This document shows, in pieces, positions 53,425 through 64,000 of a stretch of 64,000 nucleotides of DNA. Position numbers and translations under genes: made by a program. Each line of letters starts with the position of its first letter. Position 1 is the stretch's first letter. The notes under the pieces were generated by a model. It was not told the DNA's origin. It was given only the letters and a program-made list of their open reading frames with translations, and searched no databases. Origin of the DNA: Diplonema japonicum (Eukaryota; Protista; Euglenozoa: Diplonemea); the NCBI GenBank assembly GCA_964019335.1, contig OZ025651.1, forward strand, positions 868,001 through 932,000, read 5' to 3'.

Positions 53425-56400
53425 ATGGAGGAAACCCCGATAGAACACCACACCGGGGGATTTGGGATACGCCCCATCGCGAACCTGAAGGCAGATGTGA
53501 AGAAGACAAGGCAGAAAACAGTGCCAGCCGCAAAGCCAGAGGTTCTGAAAAGACTGTGGGATAATCGGGGAGACAGCCCGTACAGCACCGGTTCTCTTTT
53601 CCACACGTGTTACACCGCAATATGCAGCACTAAGGCATCATATGCTGAGTCATGGAACATGCAGTTCCAGGACCTCTTAGACATGGAGTGCCCAGATGTT
53701 GAAGCTCTCACTACTAAGAAGGCTCAGGTGCTTAAACTACACTCGGATTTTCTGGAATCAACACGGCCAACGGCCATTCAGATCGTGAAGGAGCTCTCGA
53801 TGGACGACTCTCACCGAAGTATTCCCTCCGCTGGCCTCAGTGAACCCATCTACAAGAAGAACAGTGCTGTCTTTCAAGTCTGGCCGAGCATCCCTGATGC
53901 AAAGCGTCTCGTTCGCTCGCTTGAGACCGTCACGTCCTGCCGTGTACGTGGCCTTACCGCACCCCTCGTTGCGATATTTATATACCGTGGGCATCCTGTA
54001 ACCATCACAGCCTGTATTAAGGTTAAGCATACCGGTGATGGAAGCCTCTCCATGGAACCCACAGAGGCTGAGAAGAAGCTCCTTCGTCGGCTGTGCAAGG
54101 AAGCCAACGTCTCGTCAGATACTCTCGACGACACCCACATCACGCACAGCAAAGACGGCAGGCTGTACCTCACCGACGTGGAATCCTTGGTCCCATTGTG
54201 CAATGTGTTGGGTTCTGTGACCGTTCGGTTGCGGCCTGAGATGATTCAAAGGTTTGGAGAGGTTGCGGTGAAGGACCTTGGAGAGCTCACGGAGTTCACG
54301 TCTGAGATGCAGAATGTATATAAACAATGCTTGCAGCAGGCGGTCGACGTGTGGCTTCAAGGGGAGCTGAGTTGTGACACCTTAGTAGCAACACTGCACG
54401 CGCACGGCGTTAACCTGGCGATGCTGGGCCAGGTCATGTCTCTGGTGAAAGACAACATTCCTGCGCTCCGTGTTGCGATGACTGAGGTAGTTGCCAGGGT
54501 GTGCACAACACTGCTGCGTGTGGAGATGCGAAGCACGAAAAGCAGGGACATCGATGTATTCCTAATCAGTGCTTCCAGGATGCTCGGTGCGGTGCTAGCC
54601 GACACCCACCAGTATTGGGAGGCCCTTCTAAACCCTATCAGTGAAGAGCTCTATCCCTGCGAGGAGCGTGTCCCCCTCACTCTGGCCAGCGTCGACAAGC
54701 AAACCTTGTTCCGCAGGATATGCCGTCTATCCTACTTGGTCTTCAAGAACGGCAGTGTGGTGGACTTAAAGGAGAAGAAACATGTTAGGTTAACGGCCAT
54801 CTCGCCAGTACAGCAGCTTGTCCTCGAAGGCAATTTTGAGGCAGCAAAGAACTGGCTCCATAACCAGACTACCTTCGACCAGAAGCTGCATGCTGGCGAG
54901 GTGTTGAACACGATGGGCCAGACCGATCCGGCACGCGAAATACTGACGCAGACGCTGCCCGTTGGCGGGATTCGACAAGACAAAATAGAGCTTGTCGAAG
55001 TGCTTCTTAAGCTGGTAACGGTGGTGAAAGGAGATGAAAGAAGCCAACGGCTGTCGGAAGTTGAGGCGGCTCTGCGGGGAGAGGGCAGCATTTTCGCGAA
55101 GGCGTTGCTGAGAAACTGCATAGTATGGAAGCTGAAACACTTGTTCGAAGACGGTGCGAACGAGGAGAAACTGGAGGAAGCACGGAGCCTCGTGCGGCAA
55201 GCCTCGGAGCAGTGTCACCTGCTCGACGAGCAGGTAGCGTTGAAGCAATTTGTGGATCCGATTCTTTTGTACGCCACGGCCTTGCTGCGTCACGGCGACA
55301 AGTCGGGTGCCTTGAAGAGGTTCAAGCAGATTCGGGACTGTCACGCTCGAGCACACGTGAGCCCACACCCCGACACAGCATACTTCACGTGCGAGGTGGG
55401 TTCCATAGAAGCCCAGCAAGGCTATGCTGTTGCAGCAGAGCGCAGCTTTCGCAACGCCGTGCAGCTAATGTCCAACGCAATGGGCCCGAAACACGTTGCC
55501 ACAGCCGACATGATGGCCAAGCTCAGCGAGTTTTACGTATCGGCAGACGACAAAGAGAAGCTCCCCCTTGCGGTTAAGCTATCCACTGAGGCCGTTGCCA
55601 TTGTAAAGGCGGCAATGCCATCCCACATCAAGGTCTGCATGATGCTCCAGAACCTTGCGTACTTGCACTCCCTGAAGCTGGACTACTCCACAGCCGAGGA
55701 GCTCACCGTCGAGGCTATACACCTCGCCGTGTCTTTGCTAGGCACCACCCACCCTGACGTCGTCCGCCTCAAGAAGTTCCTCGTTTCCTTGCGAATCAAA
55801 CGGCGCACCAATGCCTTGGCGGTTATCAACAAGAGTTGTAGGGCCTTCCTCTGGAGGCTCCGGGAGATCAGGAGGCAGCGCAAGCGCAACAAGAATGCAG
55901 AGTCGCCAAAAACTCTGGAAACTAAATCGCGTGATGAAAACGTGGCGTCGGGAGAAGCCAACGACAACACGGAGCCAGAAGTTAACCAAACCAAGGCGGA
56001 TAATGAAGCTAAAGAAGAGGAGGAGCAGAAAACTGAACCAGAACCAGAACAAAAAACAGAAGCCGAAACGGCCGCCAGAGAAGAAGAGGAGCAAAAATCA
56101 AAGTTGGAAAAAGAACGAAACGCCGAGTTCAAAAGTAAAGCAAAAGAAGAAGAGGAACGGAAGCTAAGGGCAGAGGAGAAGGAGAAAGAGGATGCCGTTT
56201 TAAAAGAGAAGAACGCCGAGGAAAAGACCATGGAAGAGGCTAAAGCTGCAACTAAAATCCAGTCGCTACAGAGGGGTAAGGCGGCGAGGAAAGACGTTGC
56301 GCTTAAGAAACAGAATATTGCCCTTGAGAAACAGGAAGCAGAGACGAGACAAACACAGAAAGAACAGGACTCGGCCACGAAGATACAAGCACTACAGAGA

Positions 56401-59400
56401 GGCAGGCATGCAAGGAAGGAGGTAGATGTTAAACGACAGGAACTAGACGCGAGAAAAGCAGAAGAAGCAAAAAGCCAACAGAAGGCAAAGGAAGATGCTG
56501 CTGCCACGAAGATACAGTCACTGCAAAGGGGCAAGCAGGCTAGGAAAGAGGTGTCTCAGAAGGCAGCTGCTAAAGAGGCAGAACAACAGCAGCGAGAGGC
56601 TGACCAAAAGGCACGGGGGGACACTGCAGCCACAAAGATACAATCCATGCAACGTGGGAAACAGGCCAGGAAGGAGGTGTCCCGGAAGAGAAACGAACAA
56701 GCAGCTACCATCAAAGCCGAGCAGTTGCGTCAGGAGGAGGAAAACTGCGCTGCTGCTGCTACAAAAATACAATCCATGCAACGTGGCAGGCAGGCCAGGA
56801 AGAAGGTTGCAGGGATGAAGAAAGACAAGGAAGAAACAGCAGCAGAGGAGGCAAAAAGGAAAGAAGAGGCGGAAAAAGCAGCCGAGAAAAAGAGAGAAGA
56901 AGCAGCGAGGCAAGAGAATGAAGCCGGCGAGGAAGAACAATCCGCAGCTACGAAGATACAATCCCTGCAGAGAGGTAGAGAGGCTAGGAAGGAATTCGCC
57001 GCTAAGAAAGAAGAGGCTGCAAGAAAACAAGCACAACAGGAGAACCAGGCAGCGATTAAAATCCAGTCCGCGCAACGTGGCAGGCAGGCCAGGAATGTGG
57101 CCGCGCAGAAAAGAAGTGACAAAGCAGCCGCAAATGCAGAAGCCAATCAGTTGCAAAAGGAAAAAGAGTGCAGTGCTGCCACGAAGCTACAATCGCTGCA
57201 ACGCGGAAGGCAAGCAAGGAAGGAGGTGTCCCAAAAGAAAAGCAACATGACAGCTGCAGAGAATGCCAAGAAACAGCAACAAAAAGAAGAAGAAGAAGAA
57301 CAGATCAAGGCAGCTACAAAGATCCAGTCGCTGCAGCGCGGCAGACATGCAAGGAAAGAGGTCACAGGAATGAAGCAAGCTGAAACCGACACAGAAAATG
57401 CAAAGAAGGCAGAGCGCTCTGCTGAAGAAGACCGCGCAGCGACCAAGATACAGTCCTTACAGAGAGGCAAGATAGCTAGGAAAGAGGTTGGTAAGAAGAA
57501 AGATCTTGCAGCAGCTGACAAACGAGCCGCGGACGAAGCTAAAACCGCAAAAGAGGAAGAACAGAAAACACGAGAGGCTCAAGCAGCCACGAAAATACAA
57601 TCAATGCAACGGGGCCAGAAGACTAGAAGAGAATTGTCACAAAAGAAAACAGCCGCAGCAGAAGAGGAAGTTAAACGACAGAAGCATGAAGATGCTGCGG
57701 CCACGAAGATACAGTCACTGCAAAGAGGCAAGCAGGCTAGGAAAGAAGCGTCTCAGAAAGCAGCTGCTAAAGAGGCAGAACGACAGCAGCGAGAGGCGGA
57801 CCAAAGAGCGAACGAAGCTGCGGCCACAAAAATACAATCCATGCAGCGTGGGAGGCAAGCCAGGAAGGAGGTGGAAAAGTTGAAGCAGAGCAAAGCCGAG
57901 CGAGCCGAGCCTTCTGCGAGCGTCAAAACCGGAGAAGGGGAAGAAGAGGGAACCGACGAAGTTGCCGAAGAGAAAGCAGCCACCAAGATTCAATCCCTGC
58001 AGCGAGGCCGGCAGGCAAGGCGAAAGGTTGCCCAGAAGAAGAACGAAATGGCAGCAGCCACAATGCAAGCAAATGAAACTGACACCAAGGCAGCCACGAA
58101 GATCCAGTCCTTGCAACGGGGCAGGCTAGCACGGAAGGAAGCCTCTATCAAGAAGTCCGAGAAGGAAGCCTCCCAAAAGCAGAGAGCTGACGAGCAGAAG
58201 GAGAAAGAAAGCAGTGCAGCCACGAAGATCCAGTCCCTTCAACGAGGCAAGCAGGCACGGAAAGAAGCCTCTATCAAGAAGTCCGAGAAAGAAGCTTCCC
58301 AACAACGAGCTGACGAACAGAAGACGAAAGAAAGCAGTGCAGCCACGAAGATCCAATCTCTCCAACGAGGAAAGCAAGCTAGGAAAGAAGCCTCTACCAA
58401 GAAGCAGGCTATTGCAAAACAAAACGAGAAGGAGAACAAGGCTGCGGCACAGATACAAGCCCTGCAGAGGGGCAAACAAGCACGGAAAGAAGCAACGCAG
58501 AGAAAGGAGGACAAGAAAGCTCGGGACATGGCCAAAGGAAAAGTAAATGAGGAAAGTGCGGCAACGAAGATTCAGTCCCTGCAACGAGGCAGGCACGCCA
58601 GGAAAGAAGCTGCTACCAAGGCCGCCCTCAGAAAGACTGAGAAGCAGCTGGAACAGCAGGAAAAGGCAAGCGAAACAATGGCTCTGGAAAAGAAAAACCA
58701 AGACGAAGCGGCCCTGAAGATCCAAGCCATGCAGCGGGGGCGGGCTGCGAAGAAGGAAGCCAACAACAGGCGGACACTCCGCGAGATGGACGAAAAGAAC
58801 AGTGCAACAGCAGCCACAAAAATCCAATCCGTTCACAGAGGCAGGCAAGCCAGGAAACAGGCTGAGGGAATGCGAAACAAGATGGAAGGGGCTCAATACC
58901 ACGACGATGATGAGTACATCACCGAAGGGGACAAAGCCTCAAGGAAGCTAGCAAGGCAGAGGCAAGCTGCTCCTTTGGAGAAACGGAAGGCGCGAAGGGC
59001 TCAAGACACAGCACGGAAGCCTCGAAAGAAGGACATCATCAGTGAAGCCTTGGAAGTGGAGGAGTACCAAGAGAGGCGCCTAGTCAAGCAAGACACCATG
59101 CATGCACTGCGGCAAATCTTGAAGCAAAGAGCCTTGGAGCAGTGCGGGATATCCCTTGTGGAGCTGCAGAGGAACGAGGTATGCGATAACCCACACCCTC
59201 ATATTGTAGTATGCGCATCGTGCACACCGCACACGCGTCGAAAAGGAGGAGCAAAACACCCTTCGGCACCTGTTCATCCGTGAGGTATCTGCCTTCTCTC
59301 GATGTTGCACCACCCAACACCACCCAACAGACTAACGTCGTGCTCGCGCAGTGTTTGCGCAAAGTGGTGCGGCATGAGGACGTGCTTCGTGCACAATGGG

Positions 59401-60457
59401 TGAAGCAGCAAACACAGGAGTTCGTAGGGTACGTGTTTTTCCCCCTTCTTTTTTTTAACACCACCCTCACCCTCAGGCTGACACAACGGGTTAAAAAGCA
59501 GCATTGGCTGCTCATGTTGAGCAGCAGGATAGCGGCCGTTCAGGCTGGTCAAGAAAGGTACCAAATATTAACGAAATAAAACAAAACAAAACAAAAAGGT
59601 CATACGCCGTGATAGGCGAGGCACAGGAGAGAGAAGCGATCCTGGACGAGGAGTTACATGCATGGTCTTGGGTTGCCGAAGGGACGAAATCAGGGCTGAC
59701 CGACGGGCTGCAGTTGGACGAGCTCAGAGTATGGTTCCCCCCCCCCCCCCCTCCCCCCCGTCACTTTTCCCAGGGCCGGAACAGCCTGTTTTCGGTGTGG
59801 TCGAGAATGCACTTCGGCATACGGTGGAAAGAGATCGAAGGTTTCAAGAAGTTCGTGGTGGGTAAGAGGCTCAGCCCGTCGCCGCCTGCAGAGACGAGTA
59901 CCCTATCTCCAACTAAACGGGGGCGGGGAGCGTTGCAAAGCTCGCCGCTTAACAAGAAGCTCAAGAAGCGGAAGAAGAACAGGTCGCCATCTCCCTTGGA
60001 GCTCGAGGCTGTCACAAGGCCGGAATGCTTCGAGTTGACGCAGCCCAGGTTTGGGGTGACACTCATGGAGACGGACGACAAGCTTCCCCTTGACCATCTC
60101 AACCAGTACGAGGCACAGGCTCTGCAGTTCCACCGTATGCTTCTCCGCAACCAGAAGCTTCTCCACAAGCGACGCGACCCGGAAAATCAAGAAGCACATG
60201 TTCCTGTTCACCCTGCGCACCCATCTCAGGGCACCACCCGGCCCATGGGCAAGGCCCTCATGCGGACACGTGAACAGGGCTGGGATGGAAAGTTTGGCAA
60301 TGGGTACGATGAAAGAGAGAGCATGGCCAACACGACACAAAGCAAGACACAACGGCAGAGAAAGCAAATCAAGGACGGCCCGCTGTGCAAACTGGGAGTC
60401 TATACACTTCATCGCCCTGTTCCAGCTTACAGGGTCAAACCCAATGCCACGTACTGA
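53425..60457 (+). CDS. CLU-like + TPR + about 21 IQ-motif protein (exons 53425-59178, 59210-59284, 59331-59428, 59477-59557, 59599-59728, 59774-60457)
   Basis: SWNMQFQ..APLVAIFIYRG..LHAHGVNL (CLU-like); kinesin-light-chain-type TPRs; repeated AATKIQSLQRGKQARKE; five GT-AG introns join three ORF-track frames into one 2273-aa frame. Confidence 0.8.
59179..59209 (+). other. Predicted 31-nt GT-AG intron
   Basis: GAG|GTATGC...TTGTAG|TAT gives RNE-YAHRAHRTRVEKEEQ. Confidence 0.6.
59285..59330 (+). other. Predicted 46-nt GT-AG intron (C/A-rich 3' end)
   Basis: GAG|GTATCT...CACCCAACAG|ACT enters the frame of ORF 59211. Confidence 0.65.
59429..59476 (+). other. Predicted 48-nt in-frame GT-AG intron
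   Basis: GG|GTACGT...T/C tracts...CCTCAG|G; low-complexity insert. Confidence 0.6.
59558..59598 (+). other. Predicted 41-nt A-rich GT-AG intron
   Basis: AG|GTACCA...(CAAAA)n AG|G enters the frame of ORF 59504. Confidence 0.7.
59729..59773 (+). other. Predicted 45-nt in-frame poly(C) GT-AG intron
   Basis: AGA|GTATGG...poly(C)...TTTTCCCAG|GGC. Confidence 0.6.
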
Positions 60458-60825
60458 TGGGGGGAAGATTTTTGGAAGAGAAAAGAAGAAAAGGAAAGCG
60501 TTTCTGCGCTGTTGTTCATTTTATAGTTTTCTTTCTCTTCTTAGTTGTTTGTTTGTTTGTTTGCTGTTGCCAAGGGGATGATTTTACCATTTTCCCTGCT
60601 GCATCTTCTCTCTCTTTCTTCTTCCCCTTTCTTTTTTCTTGATGGATTGTTGCTTTTCTTTCTTTCTTCTTAGTTTTCCCTCTTGTTACAGCCATCTTTA
60701 CAGACGGCTTTCCGAATCGGCCTCCGTTTTATTTTTTTTTCTCCCCCCTCTTTTATATTCTTTTTTTGATCCTTTAAAAATACACGGCGACAGTGAGTTT
60801 AACAAAAAAAAAATTAAAAAAAGCC

Positions 60826-61698
60826 ATGCAAAACCTAGTAAGATGGGAGGAGGTGTCTCGAGAAGCAGTAGAGTCCATGGAAAAGGGCTGCAGGGCATGG
60901 ACAGCAAGCGCCTTTGTAGACGACATCCCTCCCGTGCCGTCAGCGCGTGTGGAAAAGCTAGAGGAGAAGGAGGAGGAGGGGAGAACACGCATAGTACGCA
61001 ACTGGAAATTCATCCTAGAGTGCCTGGTGATGGAGGGCACACCGGCAGCACTGGGGCGGGGAGACGAACTAGAAAACTACATCGAAGCAGAAGCACGATG
61101 GAGGCAGAAAACCCAACGAGAGCAACGAGCAGCCCACGCAACGGTGTGGAGTCTATTCTGCAAGGAGAGTATTAAAACACTAGTCAGCGAGGAATCTCGC
61201 CACAGGGACACCATTCAGAAAACCTACAAGGAAGTGAAACGGCAAGTCCATGAAGGGTACCAACCGAGGAGATTAGAGAAAGAATCTCTTAAGTCTCTTA
61301 AAAAGCCTGTTCGTGGGAAGCGGCTGGCGTCTCTTTGCAGCACGCTGTCCCCATCTGACCACTACCACCACAGGGAGCGCCACGTTATTCTCCGAATTCT
61401 GCGAGAGCACCGTGTCCTGCACAGCCAAGCGATGTCCTGCCCGACAGACAGCGGCAACTTCATCCCGCGTCCCCCCTCCGTGCCGAATACCTTCTCGGTG
61501 CCTCCTTCGCCTCCTCCACCTGAATTCCCTCTAAGGGCACAGGCGCTCGATCGTGAAGAACAGTTTAACAGAAAACTTATTTCGAAGCAACTTGATTGTG
61601 CCACAAGGGACCTCGCCTCTGCATCCGCGTACCTTTCCTGCAAAGCGGTGGTGCCGGGGAGGGGAATGGAGTATTTATCCTCGCTGATGAGTCACTGA
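60826..61698 (+). CDS. Hypothetical coiled-coil protein
   Basis: 290-aa ORF with EExxR-type helical motifs. Confidence 0.7.
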   Translation: MQNLVRWEEVSREAVESMEKGCRAWTASAFVDDIPPVPSARVEKLEEKEEEGRTRIVRNWKFILECLVMEGTPAALGRGDELENYIEAEARWRQKTQREQRAAHATVWSLFCKESIKTLVSEESRHRDTIQKTYKEVKRQVHEGYQPRRLEKESLKSLKKPVRGKRLASLCSTLSPSDHYHHRERHVILRILREHRVLHSQAMSCPTDSGNFIPRPPSVPNTFSVPPSPPPPEFPLRAQALDREEQFNRKLISKQLDCATRDLASASAYLSCKAVVPGRGMEYLSSLMSH

Positions 61699-61714
61699 AA
61701 AGGGGAGGGGGAGG

Positions 61715-61940
61715 TACTAATAGCGTTACCTCGAGGTTCCGCATTTTACCATCGAGGGCCCGGGCATGACTTCCTCCCTCAACTTTTTCATGTACTCCTC
61801 TACATGAAGGACAGTTGGAGCCTTCACCCCTTCTTGACTTCTCCACCATCTCGGACCAAGCCTTCTCGTACCTCGCACGGCTCTTCACAGGCAGTCTTTC
61901 CTGCCAGTCGCCCTTCTCTTTCTGCTGCTTTGGAATTTGA
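61715..61940 (-). mobile_element. Possible tyrosine-recombinase element (DIRS/TATE-like) remnant
   Basis: Frameshifted SRARYEKAWSEMVE / APTVLHVEEYMKKLREEVMPG resembles the core-binding domain of YR integrases. Confidence 0.3.
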
Positions 61941-62223
61941 AACCTAAAGGTGGAAAAGTTAGGTTTACTGGGGATTGAACCTAGGCATATTACTTACCGG
62001 AAAGCACCACTACTTCACGGAAAACAGGCCATAATTTCACCGTGAACCTATGAGATTTAGCATGAAGTAATGGGCCCCCGAGTGAGTGAAGTAATTTCAG
62101 AAGAGTGAAATAAAAAAAAAAGAGAAGGCTTTACAGTCTTCCCAAAGAAAAGACACACCTTGCTGTGATGTTCTTCTTTTACTATTTCCAGTCCCAAAAA
62201 AAAAAAAAAAAAAAAAGGAAGGG

Positions 62224-63304
62224 ATGTCTGAAGAATGGCATCCCAACGGGGGCAGCCCGTCTCAAGAAGCAGGCAGAGTGGTGCTGCGCATGTCGGCAGG
62301 GAACAACGTACGGGATGTGACATGGAACATGCGCATTGACACCTTCTTCAGCTCCGGGTTGGCGGTTTTGGAGCAGCTTATCGCGCTCCGTGGCAGGCTG
62401 CGTGCCCTGTCGGGGATGAGGGGCACCCTCAACGACCTCCTTCTCGAACACGTGATGCAAGTAAGCTTCCAGGAGGTGAAGGACCAAGGCTCCCCGCCCA
62501 TAACCGAAGAAGACTGGAAGAACCTCAAAGAGATATCAATCAGCAAGTACCACATGCAGGACGAATCGAACGCGTCATGCTGCATCTGCAAGGACGAGTT
62601 TGCGTTGAATCAAAAAGCAGTCCAACTACCATGCGGACATGTGTATTGTAAAGATTGTATCAAAGAATGGCTTGACAGCCACAGGACATGCCCTATGTGC
62701 CGTGAGGAGGTCGTGGGGGTGGGGCCTCAGAAGTGGCGGTTGGACGAATGCGGCTTCGAACAACTGAGAGGCCAGGAGTGCTTTCTTAGCACCGCAGGAC
62801 CTGGATCTCTCATCATATTGAGCAAGTGTTCCCATTCCTTTCACAGGGCTTGCTTGAGACGGCACCTTCGGCTCAGAATGCGGGACAACAGCGAGACGTT
62901 CAAGTTGGACTGCCCTCTCTGCCACACCCCGAACACATTGGCACGCGCAGATTTGTGCTCAGGGGGTGTTCTTGTCCCGTTGCCCACTCCTGCTACACCG
63001 TGTACTATTAAGTCTTCTGTTGGGCTGAAGAAATCGCACCGTCCGTTGCCGCCTTCGCCGACGCCTGGAGGGAGTTTGGGGGGGACGCTGTCAGACGGTT
63101 TGAAGGAACCCAGAAAGGAGTTGAAAAGAAGGGACAGGGACGCTGTCACAACCACAGGCACCGCAGCAGCCCAGGGGCTTGCAGGGCCTTATGCGGCAAG
63201 GTTTGGGGGAAGGAAAAAAAAAAAGAAAAAAAAAAAACAGTAGCCGGTCGCACGGTCGGCGAAGCAGCGCTTCGAGTAGTACAGCCCGAGGTCCCCAGAC
63301 ATGA
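62224..63304 (+). CDS. RING-finger E3 ligase with two RING domains (exons 62224-63200, 63241-63304)
   Basis: CCICKDEF..LPCGHVYCKDCIKEWLDSHRTCPMCR; second KCSHSFHRAC..CPLC; splicing replaces a poly-Lys tail with SSRSHGRR..GPQT. Confidence 0.85.
63201..63240 (+). other. Predicted 40-nt poly(A) GT-AG intron
   Basis: AG|GTTTGG...A-run...CAG|T followed by a GC-rich 64-nt coding-like exon. Confidence 0.65.
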
Positions 63305-63764
63305 TTCCTCTTTCCATTATGCCTTTTTCACCTTTTTTTTGATGTGGGCTGGGGGAGTAAAAAATCTTCCTTTTTGCATGGAATGGGGGTTTTTTTTTTT
63401 TTTTTAATTTCTTTTTTTTTATCCCTCCCTATTTCCCCCTCATTTGTTTTCTTTTGCACCCTTTATCAGGGATGTAGGGAGCTTCTGAGGATCTTGGGGA
63501 ACAAAAAAGTTTTTTTTTTTTTACTCCGCATATTTCCCCTCCCCTTTATTTATCACGCATTAGTATTCCTTGAAGAATATACTTTTGAAATATTTTAAAG
63601 AATGATTGGGGGGGGGGGGGGGGGGGTTACGAGAACAAAAGAAAGGGAAAAAAACTTTTTTTTTCCTTACCTCTTTATTCTAGATATGCAAATTGTAAAA
63701 TAAAAGGAAAGCGTTTTTTTTCTTGTTTTTTTAACGTTCATTTTTTATTAAATGTGCCTTTTGG

Positions 63765-63801
<37 letters not shown>

Positions 63802-64000
63802 CCCTTTGAAATCAGCTTTCCAAACAACACTTGATATGTTTCAAGATTACACGCTCTATGTTCCAGTGAAGAGAACAAAAAAAAAAGTGCAGTTTTCTTT
63901 CTTTTTTTTTCTTCTTTTGGACATCAAACCCGCCTCCCCGGATATTTTGCCTACATTATTTTCTCACACTCTCTTCTCGTTTTTCCTCTTCTCGTTCCCT

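Noticed and set aside
61961-62049. Functional tRNA or tRNA-Sec gene
   Set aside because: Mismatched stems and no canonical D or anticodon arm; kept only as tRNA-like
1-64000. Spliced-leader RNA, rRNA or snRNA genes; alternative genetic code
   Set aside because: No recognisable matches seen; TAA, TAG and TGA all terminate genes and no conserved in-frame stops occur

Overview
Eukaryotic nuclear DNA, most consistent with a diplonemid-like euglenozoan. This is an inference from co-oriented gene clusters, few short GT-AG introns, PT-repeat membrane proteins and BspA-type LRRs. About 22 protein-coding genes lie on the + strand, separated by short spacers full of A/T/G/C homopolymers. They include a Ubl-DUF4116-LRR protein, a ~3800-aa DUF3638/DUF3645 protein, a bacterial-like GNAT, DUF2009, a sphingosine-kinase-like protein, a DEAH-like helicase, a CNG-like channel, VPS53, a MYND-repeat protein, a PT-repeat membrane protein, an SGNH hydrolase, an ankyrin protein, isocitrate lyase, a CLU-TPR-multi-IQ protein and a RING protein. 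The most striking pattern is about 11 GT-AG mini-introns (31-59 nt) that restore or keep the reading frame. Many are filled with poly(A) and lack a polypyrimidine tract, and all lie in the 3' part of their genes behind long intron-free first exons. Intergenic DNA holds a TA-flanked MITE, LINE remnants, a possible tyrosine-recombinase remnant and several small dispersed repeats. Domain calls rest on motif recognition only; no searches were run.
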